Source: an uncultured delta proteobacterium
GTDB taxonomy: Bacteria; Desulfobacterota; Desulfobacteria; Desulfobacterales; JAHEIW01
Direction of reading: 5' to 3'
DNA length: 64,000 nt
NCBI GenBank assembly: GCA_963706575.1
Contig: CAVPNL010000013.1
Coordinates: forward strand, 44,513-108,512
Position numbers and translations under genes: made by a program. The notes beneath the pieces are model-generated. The model worked only from the letters and a program-made list of their open reading frames with translations, did no database searches and had not been told where the DNA came from. Every line of letters begins with the position of its first letter. The first letter of the stretch is position 1. This document shows positions 52,571 through 62,234 of this stretch, piece after piece.

Positions 52571-54100
52571 TTATTGAAGTGGGCCGACCTGTTTTTCAAC
52601 CGCGTTAAGTATCTTACCACTGCGCATCAGCTGTTTGACGGCGGCAATATCGGTTGAAATAATTCGGTCTTTATCCAAATGGGAAACTGTCTTTCGGATA
52701 GCCTGGTAAGCGGCCAGAGTGCCTTCACCGGGTTTCATATTGGTAAACAAATCCAGCGCCTGGGCTGCGCTTAGCAATTCAATTGCAATGACATCTTCGG
52801 CATTGCTGGTGATCTCCCGGCATTTGCGGGCGGAAATTGTTCCCATGGAAACATGGTCTTCCTTATTGGCAGAGGTGGGGATCGAATCGATACTGGCCGG
52901 ATGACAGAGCACTTTGTTTTCCGAAACCAGCGCAGCGGCAGTGTATTGCGCCAGCATGAGTCCCGAATTCAGCCCACCATCATCCACCAGAAATGCCGGT
53001 AGACCACTGAGCATGGGATTGACCAAGCGCTCAATGCGCCGCTCGGAGATATTGGCCAGTTCGGAAATTGCCATACCAAGAAAATCCATGGCCATGGCAA
53101 CCGGCTGGCCGTGGAAGTTACCGCCCAGCAAAAACTCTTCAGTGTCTGCAAAAACCAGCGGATTGTTAGTGGATGAATTCATCTCGGTTTCGATTACCCG
53201 CCGGCAATAGCGGATGGCATCCCGGGTGGCACCGTGAACCTGGGGCGAACATCTTAAGGTATAAGCATCCTGGACGCGGGCGCAATCTTCATGGGAAGTG
53301 ATGATTTCACTGTTCTGTGTGATTCGGGCCATATTGTCGGCCGCCGCCGCCTGACCGGGATGGGGCCGCACCTTATGGATCTTGGGGTCAAATTCGGTGC
53401 GGCTGCCCATCAGCACCTCCAGGCTCATGGCAGCGGCGATGTCGGTCAATTTGGCCAGCAGACCGGCATCATAGACCGCCAGTCCGCCAATGGCGGTCAT
53501 GACCTGGGTGCCGTTGACCAGCGCCAGGCCCTCACCGGCTTCGAGCTGCAGCGACTTCATACCACATTTGCTGAGTGCTTGTCGACCGGACAGCCTCTGG
53601 CCTTTGAAAAAAGCCTCTCCCAGACCGATAAGAACCAGGCTAAGATGCGCCAGCGGCGCCAGATCGCCGCTGGCACCCACCGAGCCTTTTTCAGGAATAA
53701 GCGGACACACCCCCCAGTTCAAAAGGGCGACCAGCTGTTGTACGGTTGATAGGCGAATACCGGAATGCCCCCTGGCCAGGTCTTTTATTCGCAACGCCAG
53801 TACGGCTCTGACGGTTTCCTCATCAAAAGGCCTGCCGACACCGGCGGCATGGCTCATCAGTATGTTTTTTTGAAGTCGACGGGTATCCACTTTGGATATG
53901 GCGACATCACTGAGGGCGCCAAATCCGGTGGTGATCCCATAGATTCTTTTCTCATCCTGTACCCAGCGTTCGATCAGATGCCGGCTTTTTTGAATCTGCT
54001 TTTCAGCATCGGCGGTCAATTGAACCTTAGCGCCCCTGCGCGCAATGGCAATCAGGTTTTCCAGGGTCATCCCTTCCACACCGAGAGATATGGTCTTCAT
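52571..54100 (-). CDS. hutH: Histidine ammonia-lyase
   Basis: YGITTGFG, MSHAAGVG, GSVGASGDLAPL (MIO), QDAYTLRC, GGNFHG. Confidence 0.95.
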   Translation of the reverse strand: MKTISLGVEGMTLENLIAIARRGAKVQLTADAEKQIQKSRHLIERWVQDEKRIYGITTGFGALSDVAISKVDTRRLQKNILMSHAAGVGRPFDEETVRAVLALRIKDLARGHSGIRLSTVQQLVALLNWGVCPLIPEKGSVGASGDLAPLAHLSLVLIGLGEAFFKGQRLSGRQALSKCGMKSLQLEAGEGLALVNGTQVMTAIGGLAVYDAGLLAKLTDIAAAMSLEVLMGSRTEFDPKIHKVRPHPGQAAAADNMARITQNSEIITSHEDCARVQDAYTLRCSPQVHGATRDAIRYCRRVIETEMNSSTNNPLVFADTEEFLLGGNFHGQPVAMAMDFLGMAISELANISERRIERLVNPMLSGLPAFLVDDGGLNSGLMLAQYTAAALVSENKVLCHPASIDSIPTSANKEDHVSMGTISARKCREITSNAEDVIAIELLSAAQALDLFTNMKPGEGTLAAYQAIRKTVSHLDKDRIISTDIAAVKQLMRSGKILNAVEKQVGPLQ

Positions 54101-54143
54101 GGTATTGGCCTCGCTTTTGTAGATATTACCGCAATAACTTGTT

Positions 54144-54291
54144 GAGGGGTCGGAGCGTTTTTCCGTCATGCCCGCGCAGGCGGGTATCCAGGCCCTGTCC
54201 CCGCGCAGGCGGGGATCCAAACAGAAGAACATTTCTGGATTCCCGCCTGCGCGGGCATGACAAACTTGGAAGGACGAAACTCCCCGACGCC
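54144..54291. repeat. Composite REP-like palindromic element (copy 2)
   Basis: Same architecture and similar sequence to 34288-34437. Confidence 0.8.
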
Positions 54292-54526
54292 GGAATCCAA
54301 TAGCACTAATTTTTAAACTGGCTCAATGGGCCAGCCGGCTCAACCGGTGAACTTTATAGTTGATTGAAATCGCTTGGAATTAGAATAGACGGTTGAACAG
54401 AGCGTTGTCAAATATTACCTTGAAACGACTATCAATACAAGTTATCCTGCCGGTCATTGACAGCGGTTTGCTTCCTTTCTTTTCATCCCGACAATTTGAA
54501 ACGATCATTTTAGAGGAATACTTGCC

Positions 54527-56620
54527 ATGACAAACAATCAACAGGTCTCAAAGGCCATGACGGTCAAACTGGAAGATATTTTTGAGGATCTGCCGCCGAT
54601 GCCGCAATTTGCTACCGGCATCCGCCGGGCGCCCAGCCGACATTTTACGCTGAACTTAAAGGATACCCAGCTCGCCCTGAAAAACGCCCTGCGCTATGTT
54701 CCGGAACGCTGGCATCAGCAGCTGGCACCCGAATTTCTGGAAGAACTGCTTACTCGTGGACGGATATATGGTTACCGGTTCCGGCCTGAGGGACATATCA
54801 AAGGTCTGCCGATCGACGAATACCGCGGCCGTTGTGTCGAGGGCCAGGCCTTTCAGGTCATGATTGACAACAACCTGGACTTTGATATCGCACTGTATCC
54901 TTACGAACTGGTTACTTACGGAGAAACCGGCCAGGTCTGTCAAAACTGGATGCAATATCGCCTGATTAAAAAATACCTCGAAGCACTGAGCCGGGAGCAA
55001 ACCCTGGTTGTGGAGTCCGGCCACCCCCTGGGACTTTTCAAGTCATCGCCGCGGGCACCCCGCGCGATCGTCACCAACGGCCTGATGGTGGGTCGATTTG
55101 ACGATCCGCAAAACTGGAACCGGGCGGCGGCTTTAGGGGTTTCCAACTACGGCCAGATGACAGCCGGCGGCTGGATGTACATCGGGCCCCAGGGGATTGT
55201 GCACGGAACTTACAGCACCATCTTGAATGCCGGCCGGGACAAACTCGGCATTCCGGCCGATCAGGATTTGACAGGGCGCTTATTTGTCACTTCCGGTCTC
55301 GGGGGTATGAGCGGTGCCCAGGGCAAGGCCATCGAAATTGCCAACGGGGTGGGCATTATAGCGGAAGTCGACTATTCCCGGATTCAGACTCGCCTCGAGC
55401 AGGGGTGGATTGGACAGGCAATTGAAGATCCAGCCGAAGCATTCAAGGTCGCCGTAAAATATCAGCAGCAAAAAAAGAGTGCCACCATCGCCTTTTACGG
55501 CAATGTGGTCGATCTGCTTGAATATGCAGCCAACAACAATGTAAAGATCGATCTGTTATCGGATCAAACCTCCTGCCATGCAGTTTATGAGGGCGGTTAT
55601 TGCCCCCAGGGAATTTCATTTAAAGAAAGAACCGAATTGCTACAATCCGGCCATGCCGGTTTTAAAGAAATGGTTGATGCCACCCTGCGGCGCCATTACG
55701 AGCTTATCAAAATCCTGACGGAGCGCGGCACCTATTTTTTTGATTATGGCAACAGTTTCTTAAAAGCCGTCTTTGATGCCGGCGTCAATGAAATTTGTAA
55801 AAACGGTACGGATCCCATTGACGGCTTTATCTTCCAGTCCTACGTCGAAGACATTATGGGGCCGATCCTTTTCGACTATGGGTACGGTCCTTTCCGCTGG
55901 GTGTGTTTGAGCGGCAAAGAAGAAGATTTGAAGAAAACCGATCGGGCGGCCATGGAGTGCATCGATCCCGAAAGACGATTTCAAGATAGAGATAACTATG
56001 TGTGGATTCGGGATGCTGAGAAAAACAAGCTGGTGGTGGGCACCCGGGCCCGAATTTTATACCAGGACGCCATGGGGCGCATGAACATCGCTTTGAAATT
56101 TAATGAGATGGTGCGCAACGGTAAAATCGGGCCGGTGATGATGGGCCGCGACCATCATGATACCGGAGGCACGGATTCGCCTTTCAGGGAAACCGCCAAT
56201 ATCAAAGACGGCAGCAACATCACCGCCGATATGGCGATCCAGTGCTATGCCGGCAATGCCGCCCGGGGCATGAGTCTGGTGGCCCTGCATAACGGCGGAG
56301 GCGTGGGCATCGGCAATGCCATCAACGGTGGTTTCGGACTGGTGCTGGACGGCAGCAAGCGGGTCGATGCGGTCATCCGCCGCGCCATTCCCTGGGATGT
56401 GATGGGCGGCGTCGCCCGGCGCGCATGGGCCCGCAATGAAAATTCGATCGACACCAGCATCCAGTATAACCGGATGCGTAAAGGATCAGACCATATCACC
56501 ATACCCTATATCGCCGATGACAACATGGTGGCGGATCTGGTCACCAAAGCATTTGCTGACTTAAAAAATAATTTACCGCAGAGACGCAGAGGCCGCAGAG
56601 AAAATATTTCTTTTAATTAA
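54527..56620 (+). CDS. hutU: Urocanate hydratase (long type)
   Basis: YPYELVTYG, YGQMTAGGWMYIGPQGIVHGT, GLGGMSGAQ, SDQTSCH, LHNGGGVG. Confidence 0.97.
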   Translation: MTNNQQVSKAMTVKLEDIFEDLPPMPQFATGIRRAPSRHFTLNLKDTQLALKNALRYVPERWHQQLAPEFLEELLTRGRIYGYRFRPEGHIKGLPIDEYRGRCVEGQAFQVMIDNNLDFDIALYPYELVTYGETGQVCQNWMQYRLIKKYLEALSREQTLVVESGHPLGLFKSSPRAPRAIVTNGLMVGRFDDPQNWNRAAALGVSNYGQMTAGGWMYIGPQGIVHGTYSTILNAGRDKLGIPADQDLTGRLFVTSGLGGMSGAQGKAIEIANGVGIIAEVDYSRIQTRLEQGWIGQAIEDPAEAFKVAVKYQQQKKSATIAFYGNVVDLLEYAANNNVKIDLLSDQTSCHAVYEGGYCPQGISFKERTELLQSGHAGFKEMVDATLRRHYELIKILTERGTYFFDYGNSFLKAVFDAGVNEICKNGTDPIDGFIFQSYVEDIMGPILFDYGYGPFRWVCLSGKEEDLKKTDRAAMECIDPERRFQDRDNYVWIRDAEKNKLVVGTRARILYQDAMGRMNIALKFNEMVRNGKIGPVMMGRDHHDTGGTDSPFRETANIKDGSNITADMAIQCYAGNAARGMSLVALHNGGGVGIGNAINGGFGLVLDGSKRVDAVIRRAIPWDVMGGVARRAWARNENSIDTSIQYNRMRKGSDHITIPYIADDNMVADLVTKAFADLKNNLPQRRRGRRENISFN

Positions 56621-56660
56621 AAATGATAAAAAACCTCTGCGAACTCTGCGCCTCTGCGGT
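56575..56660. repeat. CGCAGAG-type palindrome overlapping the hutU 3' end
   Basis: accgcagagacgcagaggccgcagag / ctctgcgaactctgcgcctctgcggt. Confidence 0.75.
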
Positions 56661-56688
56661 GAAATAAAATAAATTCCAGGAGATAGAT

Positions 56689-57594
56689 ATGGCAGCCATG
56701 AAGAAAATCATCGAATGTGTGCCCAATTTCAGCGAGGGCCGCAATCCGGAAAACATCGAAAAAATTGTCGCGCCCTTTCGAGGAAAAAAAGGCGTTAAAC
56801 TTCTCGACTATCAAACAGACGAGGATCACAACCGCATGGTCGTTACCGTGGTAGGAGAACCGAATGGGTTAAAAGCAGCCGTTATCGAGGCTGTGGGCTG
56901 TGCCATCGATGTCATCGATATGCGCACCCACCAGGGCCAGCATCCGCGAATGGGTGCCACCGACGTCGTTCCGTTTATTCCGATCAAAAATATCAGCGTG
57001 GAAGAAGCCATTGCGTTTTCCAAAGAAATCGCTGAAGAAGTAGCCCAAAAATATTCACTGCCCATTTTCCTTTACGAAAAATCAGCAAGCCGCCCCGAAA
57101 GACAGAATCTGGCCCATATCCGCAAAGGTCAGTTTGAGGGCATGGCTGAAAAAATCAAACAACCGCAATGGAAACCGGACTTCGGTCCGCAAAAGATTCA
57201 TTCCAGTGCCGGGGTGACGGCCATGGGCGCCAGAATGCCGCTGGTTGCCTACAATGTCAATCTGGACAGCAGCAACATCGAGATCGCCAACGAAATTGCC
57301 AGAAAGGTGCGGCACATCAGCGGCGGCCTGCGATACTGCAAGGGGATCGGCATTGAATTAAAAGATCGGGGGGTGGTGCAGGTATCGATGAACATGACCG
57401 ATTACACCCGGACAGCGCTATACCGCGTCTTTGAGCTCATCAAAGTCGAAGCCCGCCGCCACGGCGTCAATGTTATCGGCAGTGAAATCGTCGGCCTGGT
57501 TCCCATGGAGGCTCTGATGGATACAGCCGCCTATTATCTGAGATTGGAAGATTTTTCAATGGAACAGGTGCTGGAAGCCCGCATCTGGGAGTAA
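56689..57594 (+). CDS. ftcD: Glutamate formimidoyltransferase
   Basis: IECVPNFSEGR, DHNRMV, HPRMGATDVVPF, QVSMN. Confidence 0.95.
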   Translation: MAAMKKIIECVPNFSEGRNPENIEKIVAPFRGKKGVKLLDYQTDEDHNRMVVTVVGEPNGLKAAVIEAVGCAIDVIDMRTHQGQHPRMGATDVVPFIPIKNISVEEAIAFSKEIAEEVAQKYSLPIFLYEKSASRPERQNLAHIRKGQFEGMAEKIKQPQWKPDFGPQKIHSSAGVTAMGARMPLVAYNVNLDSSNIEIANEIARKVRHISGGLRYCKGIGIELKDRGVVQVSMNMTDYTRTALYRVFELIKVEARRHGVNVIGSEIVGLVPMEALMDTAAYYLRLEDFSMEQVLEARIWE

Positions 57595-57597
57595 AGC

Positions 57598-57821
57598 CGT
57601 CAGGTGTTACAACTGTTTAATTGGTTTGATTGGTTTAATTCGTTCAATTGATTTAGTTTTAAGTCAACCAATTCAACCAATGAAACAAATAAAATTAATT
57701 TAACAGGTCCTTGAACCCCTGACACCTGAAATCAGAAGTAGGGCCGGCCTCCGCGCCGGCCAGGAAAAGGCGGCCGCAGAGGGCCGCCCTACTTGTCATT
57801 CCCGCGAAGGCGGGAATCCAG
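57598..57821. repeat. Stack of repeats: nested ATTGGTT/AACCAAT palindrome, GTAG-type REP pair (57738-57792), GTCATTCCCGCG REP half (57795-57821)
   Basis: gtagggccggcctccgcgccggcc...gagggccgccctac immediately followed by gtcattcccgcgaaggcgggaatccag. Confidence 0.75.
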
Positions 57822-57850
57822 AAATATTTTGCAGACGAAGAGAAAAAATC

Positions 57851-59140
57851 ATGAACGGAAATATGATCATCAAAAATGCTGCTGAACTGGTGACCTGCAG
57901 CGGGTTTAGTGCCAAAAAGGGCAAAGAAATGGCCGATCTGCACATCATAGAAGATGGCGCTGTCATCATCAAGGAAGGCTTAATCGAGACCGTCGGCCAA
58001 ACCGGGGATATTGAGAAGCAGTTTAAAAAAAGCGGCGCGGATCATTCCGATTTTGATATCATCGATGCCCGGGGCAAAGCCGTATTGCCGGGGTTTGTCG
58101 ATTCTCACACCCATCTGGTGTTTGGCGGTTACCGGGCTGAAGAGTTTTCCTGGCGCCTGCGCGGCGACAGTTATATGGAAATTATGCAGCGCGGCGGCGG
58201 TATTGTGAATACGGTAAACGCCACCCGGCAGGCCTCGGCCGAGGAATTGTTGCAATCCGGCATCAAACGGCTGAATTCCATGCTGTCGTTTGGCGTTACC
58301 ACCGTGGAGGGCAAAAGCGGATACGGACTGGACCGCGAGACCGAAATCAAGCAACTGGAAGTGATGGCCCGCCTGAACCAAATTCACTACCTCGATGTGG
58401 TGCCGACCTTTTTGGGCGCCCATGCGGTTCCGCAAGAATATAAAAGCAAGCAGGAGGCGTTCATTGATTTTATGGCGACCGACGTTCTGCCCCGGGTGGC
58501 CGATCAAAATCTGGCGGAATTCTGTGATATTTTCTGTGAAAAAAGCGTTTTTTCGGTTGAACAATCCAGACACCTGCTGGCCCGGGCAAAGGAACTGGGC
58601 CTCAAGTTAAAATTGCATGCGGATGAAATCGTGCAACTGGGCGGAGCCGAACTGGCAGCCGAGCTGGGGGCGGTATCGGCGGATCATTTACTGCAGGCAT
58701 CCGACCAGGGCATCAAAGACATGGCGGCAGCCGGTGTCGTGGCAACTCTGCTGCCGGCCACCGCTTTCAGCCTTAAAGAATCATATGCCAATGGTCGAAA
58801 AATGATAGATTCAAATTGTGCCGTGGCGCTGGCGACCGATTTTAATCCGGGTAGCTGTTTTACGGAGTCCATCCCGCTGGTGTTTGCGCTGGCCACGCTT
58901 CATATGAACATTTCCACTGAAGAAGCCGTTAGTGCCTTGACCATAAACGGCGCCGCCGCCCTCAGCCGGGCAGATCAAATCGGCAGCATCGATAGCGGCA
59001 AAAAGGGTGACCTGGTCGTTTTGGAATTTCCGTCTTACACCTATATTCCATATCATCTGGGAGTCAGCACCATCGAAAAGGTGATCAAACAGGGCAACCT
59101 GGTTTTTGATAAAGAAAAAGGAGGAATCATCCATTGCTAA
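57851..59140 (+). CDS. hutI: Imidazolonepropionase
   Basis: PGFVDSHTH, EGKSGYGL, FLGAHA, LHADE, ATDFNPG. Confidence 0.97.
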   Translation: MNGNMIIKNAAELVTCSGFSAKKGKEMADLHIIEDGAVIIKEGLIETVGQTGDIEKQFKKSGADHSDFDIIDARGKAVLPGFVDSHTHLVFGGYRAEEFSWRLRGDSYMEIMQRGGGIVNTVNATRQASAEELLQSGIKRLNSMLSFGVTTVEGKSGYGLDRETEIKQLEVMARLNQIHYLDVVPTFLGAHAVPQEYKSKQEAFIDFMATDVLPRVADQNLAEFCDIFCEKSVFSVEQSRHLLARAKELGLKLKLHADEIVQLGGAELAAELGAVSADHLLQASDQGIKDMAAAGVVATLLPATAFSLKESYANGRKMIDSNCAVALATDFNPGSCFTESIPLVFALATLHMNISTEEAVSALTINGAAALSRADQIGSIDSGKKGDLVVLEFPSYTYIPYHLGVSTIEKVIKQGNLVFDKEKGGIIHC

Positions 59141-59751
59141 AAGACTTAACCATAACCGAATTCTTAGAACAAACGGCATCGGCAGAACCATTGCCCGGCG
59201 GCGGCTGCACCGCGGCGCTCAGCGCGGCCCTGGCAGCCAGCCTGACAGAAATGGTGGCCAATCTAACCATCGGCCGCAAAGAATTTCAGGCTGTGGAAGA
59301 CGAAATGAAAAAAATTGCGCAAGCCGCAGCGGATCTGAGGAAAAAATTGCAGAACGATATCGACAATGATGCGCAGGCTTACCGGGAAGTGCTGGCGGCC
59401 TTTAAGCTGCCGAAAAACACGGACGACGAAAAAAAACAGCGCTCCAGTGCCATTCAGCAAGCATTCAAAACCGCTGCAACGGTGCCACTGGGCGTAGCAC
59501 GGGATGCGCTCAAAATAATGGATTTGGCTTCCCGGGCGATCGCACAGGGAAATCAAAATGCGGTTAGCGATGGAGCGGTTGGTGTTCTGGCTTCGCGGAC
59601 GGCGGCCCTGGCAGCGCTTTACAATGTAAAAATTAATTTAAGTGCCATTAAAGACCCGGACTTCGTAAAAGAATTGACCCGCGAAAGCGAAAACCTTGAA
59701 AACCAGGTAATCAAGAAGGAAAAAGAAATCCTGGCGCATATGAAAATTTAG
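59134..59751 (+). CDS. Formiminotetrahydrofolate cyclodeaminase/cyclohydrolase family protein
   Basis: PLPGGG..AAL, MVANLTIG, GNQNAVSD, NVKINL; TTG start after GGAGG. Confidence 0.9.
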   Translation: MLKDLTITEFLEQTASAEPLPGGGCTAALSAALAASLTEMVANLTIGRKEFQAVEDEMKKIAQAAADLRKKLQNDIDNDAQAYREVLAAFKLPKNTDDEKKQRSSAIQQAFKTAATVPLGVARDALKIMDLASRAIAQGNQNAVSDGAVGVLASRTAALAALYNVKINLSAIKDPDFVKELTRESENLENQVIKKEKEILAHMKI

Positions 59752-59767
59752 CTTTCAGCGAACGCTG

Positions 59768-60157
59768 TTAAGCATTATTTTTTTTCTTCAATAAGGTTTC
59801 GAGATTGGCGAAGGGCTTATGGATGGGAGCAATCTCCTGCTCGCCGCCCGGCGCCGCCTCGTCAAACCCATCCTGATCCAGATATCGCGAGTGCTCATTG
59901 TCGTGGCAGTAGAGACACAGCAGTTCCCAGTTGCTTCCGTCTGGCGGATTGTTCTCGTGGTTGTGGTCTTTGTGATGGACCGTGAGCTCACGAAGCTTTT
60001 TGCCTTCGAATTCACGCCCGCAGCGCGCACAGATCCAGGGAAAAATCTTGAGCGCTTGCTCCCGATAACCCTGCTCCCGTTGCTGCCGGCTGCGCCGGGC
60101 CTCAGAAACAATCCGTTCCATTTTGCCTTGGTCTAAATTTATTTTCTTCGATGGCAT
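59768..60157 (-). CDS. YajD-family HNH nuclease
   Basis: YREQALKIFPWICARCGREF, LTVHHKDHNH, NWELLCLYCHDNEH. Confidence 0.9.
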   Translation of the reverse strand: MPSKKINLDQGKMERIVSEARRSRQQREQGYREQALKIFPWICARCGREFEGKKLRELTVHHKDHNHENNPPDGSNWELLCLYCHDNEHSRYLDQDGFDEAAPGGEQEIAPIHKPFANLETLLKKKNNA

Positions 60158-60299
60158 CAGTTGATCCTCGCGTTGTGTCATTTAAACCAGGCCGAATGGC
60201 GCGGATCACCGCAATCAAGGCCTCTAAAATCAGGCGCTGCGGGTCAACTCCGCAGGCAAATATCATCGGCAACCGCTTCCAGCGGGAATTCGCTAATCC

Positions 60300-60890
60300 T
60301 TATTCCGGTCTCGTATAAATCTGCAAATAATTATCAGGCCCGACTTCTGTATAACGTTTTTGTTTAAAGCCGTAGGCCGATAAAATTTTAACAACCTCTT
60401 CCGGCGACAACTTCACACGTTTCGGAGGCCCCGGCGGTCCCTCCTTTTTATAGAACTCAACAATAGCCAAAACACCATTGGGTTTCATCACCCTGAGAAT
60501 TTCTTTCATCACGGGCCGCTCAACCTTATCGCCGACAAAATCATGCAGCACCGTGGCCATCAGGCAGACATCCACACAATCATTTTCAACCGGAATGCTT
60601 TGAGCGGCATCGCTGACAAACGTCGTCAGGTTTTGGATCCCTTTTGAATCAGCTTCTTTTCTTAAGCTGGAAATCCCCTCTTCCCATAAATCAACCGCAT
60701 ATACCTGACCGTCTTTGCCGACGATATCTGCAGCCGCCAGTGAATAGGCGCCCCAGCCACAGGCAACATCCAGAAATGTGGTTCCTTTTTTTAAATCGAT
60801 CTCACGAAAAAATTTTGCCGTATCAATCAGCCCAAAACTGCTTTTACCGGCACCCGTCGGTTTGGTTTCGTGATGCTGCGTCATTGTCAT
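60300..60890 (-). CDS. Class I SAM-dependent methyltransferase
   Basis: FLDVACGWG, VYAVD, RVMKPNG. Confidence 0.9.
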   Translation of the reverse strand: MTMTQHHETKPTGAGKSSFGLIDTAKFFREIDLKKGTTFLDVACGWGAYSLAAADIVGKDGQVYAVDLWEEGISSLRKEADSKGIQNLTTFVSDAAQSIPVENDCVDVCLMATVLHDFVGDKVERPVMKEILRVMKPNGVLAIVEFYKKEGPPGPPKRVKLSPEEVVKILSAYGFKQKRYTEVGPDNYLQIYTRPE

Positions 60891-60914
60891 TCTCCAGATT
60901 CAGTCAGTTGAATA

Positions 60915-62234
60915 TCAGCTTTTCGATAAAGGGAAAAATAAAGATACAGTTGTTCCCTCTTCCGGCCCGCTGTTTACCTCGATTTTACCGTCATGGGCTT
61001 CCATGATGGTTTTGCATAAGCTCAACCCCAGCCCATATCCACCGGTATCCTTGGTGCGCGATTTGTCCACACGATAAAACGGTTCGAAAATATGGGACAA
61101 TTCTTCTTCGGGGATTCCAATTCCTTTGTCCGTAATCCGTACAACGGCAAATGATTCCCGGTGTTTATATGATACCCCGATGGGCTCACTATCCGGTTGG
61201 GAATATTTGATAGCATTGTTGAGCACGTTTTCAAATACCGTTTTGATCTGCTCGGGATCCACCTCGACCTCAATCTCAGAAGGAAGATCAGCCATTTCAA
61301 TTCCCGGCGGCTGATTTTCAAAAGCCGTCAGCGTTTGTTTCAGAAGCCCTGCCAGGTTGGTGGGCTGTTTCTTTAAATTTTCATATTTATGCTGCCGGCG
61401 GGCCGTTTCCAGAATCTCGCTGACCATTTTTTCCATTTCTTCAATGTCGGCCTGAAGGCTTTGTTTCGCCTGACTGTCTTCTAAAAATTCAAGCGCCACT
61501 TTCATGCGGGTAAGTGGGGTCCGCAGCTCATGGCTGACATCTAAAAGCAGCTGCTCTTTGGTGTGCAGCATGTCCCGAATCTGCTCGGTCATATTATTAA
61601 ATGCAACCGCCAAATCCCGCAGTTCATCTGACTTTTTCAGCGGCACCCGGTGTTTCAAATTTCCCCGGCTGACTTCCTGTACGCCGGTGTTTAGCCATTT
61701 TACCGGTCGCAAAATGTATCGGATCGCAAAAAAAGCAGCTACCAAAATCACGGTTAATAGGACCAGTACGATAACCAGCAGCCGGTGTCGTGCACTGTCG
61801 ACAGGCAGATTGCGCGATACGCCGAAAATAAAACGGCCCGCCTCTTTGTCGATTTCGATTACATGTCGGCCGCGATACTTTCCAAGGCGCACATCGGGAC
61901 TTTGGCGCCACGGCGTAAAGCGGTCTTTGAAAGCCGCTGGCAGATCATCGGATGTGGTCCAGCTATGATCCGGACTTTCGTAACGAATTTCCAAAAAGGA
62001 CTGGTGGGCGATCTCTCGAGCGCGCTCCAGGGTCGGCGGGTTGCCCATATCGGCAATCAGATAATTAAGGTATTGAACGACATTTTTGTGAAACGGGCCG
62101 CCGAACTCGTTGCGGAGGTGTATGAAAAACCCGCCCACCACCACGTTAATGCATATGCCCGTAAGGATGATAACCACCAGAAGCTTGGTGAATACCGAAC
62201 GTATGATTCTGTTAAAAAAATTAATCCGCATCAT
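60915..62234 (-). CDS. HAMP-domain sensor histidine kinase (CpxA-like architecture)
   Basis: 2 TM, HAMP, VSHELRTPL, NAIKY, FEPFYR, GLGLS; overlaps the regulator's stop. Confidence 0.9.
   Translation of the reverse strand: MMRINFFNRIIRSVFTKLLVVIILTGICINVVVGGFFIHLRNEFGGPFHKNVVQYLNYLIADMGNPPTLERAREIAHQSFLEIRYESPDHSWTTSDDLPAAFKDRFTPWRQSPDVRLGKYRGRHVIEIDKEAGRFIFGVSRNLPVDSARHRLLVIVLVLLTVILVAAFFAIRYILRPVKWLNTGVQEVSRGNLKHRVPLKKSDELRDLAVAFNNMTEQIRDMLHTKEQLLLDVSHELRTPLTRMKVALEFLEDSQAKQSLQADIEEMEKMVSEILETARRQHKYENLKKQPTNLAGLLKQTLTAFENQPPGIEMADLPSEIEVEVDPEQIKTVFENVLNNAIKYSQPDSEPIGVSYKHRESFAVVRITDKGIGIPEEELSHIFEPFYRVDKSRTKDTGGYGLGLSLCKTIMEAHDGKIEVNSGPEEGTTVSLFFPLSKS

Noticed and set aside
52571..54100. 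Ergothionase rather than HutH
   Set aside because: The MIO-forming ASG and the SH motif typical of histidine ammonia-lyases are intact.
59768..60157. HNH nuclease as a defence or homing element
   Set aside because: It matches the widespread small YajD family, with no adjacent defence or mobility genes.
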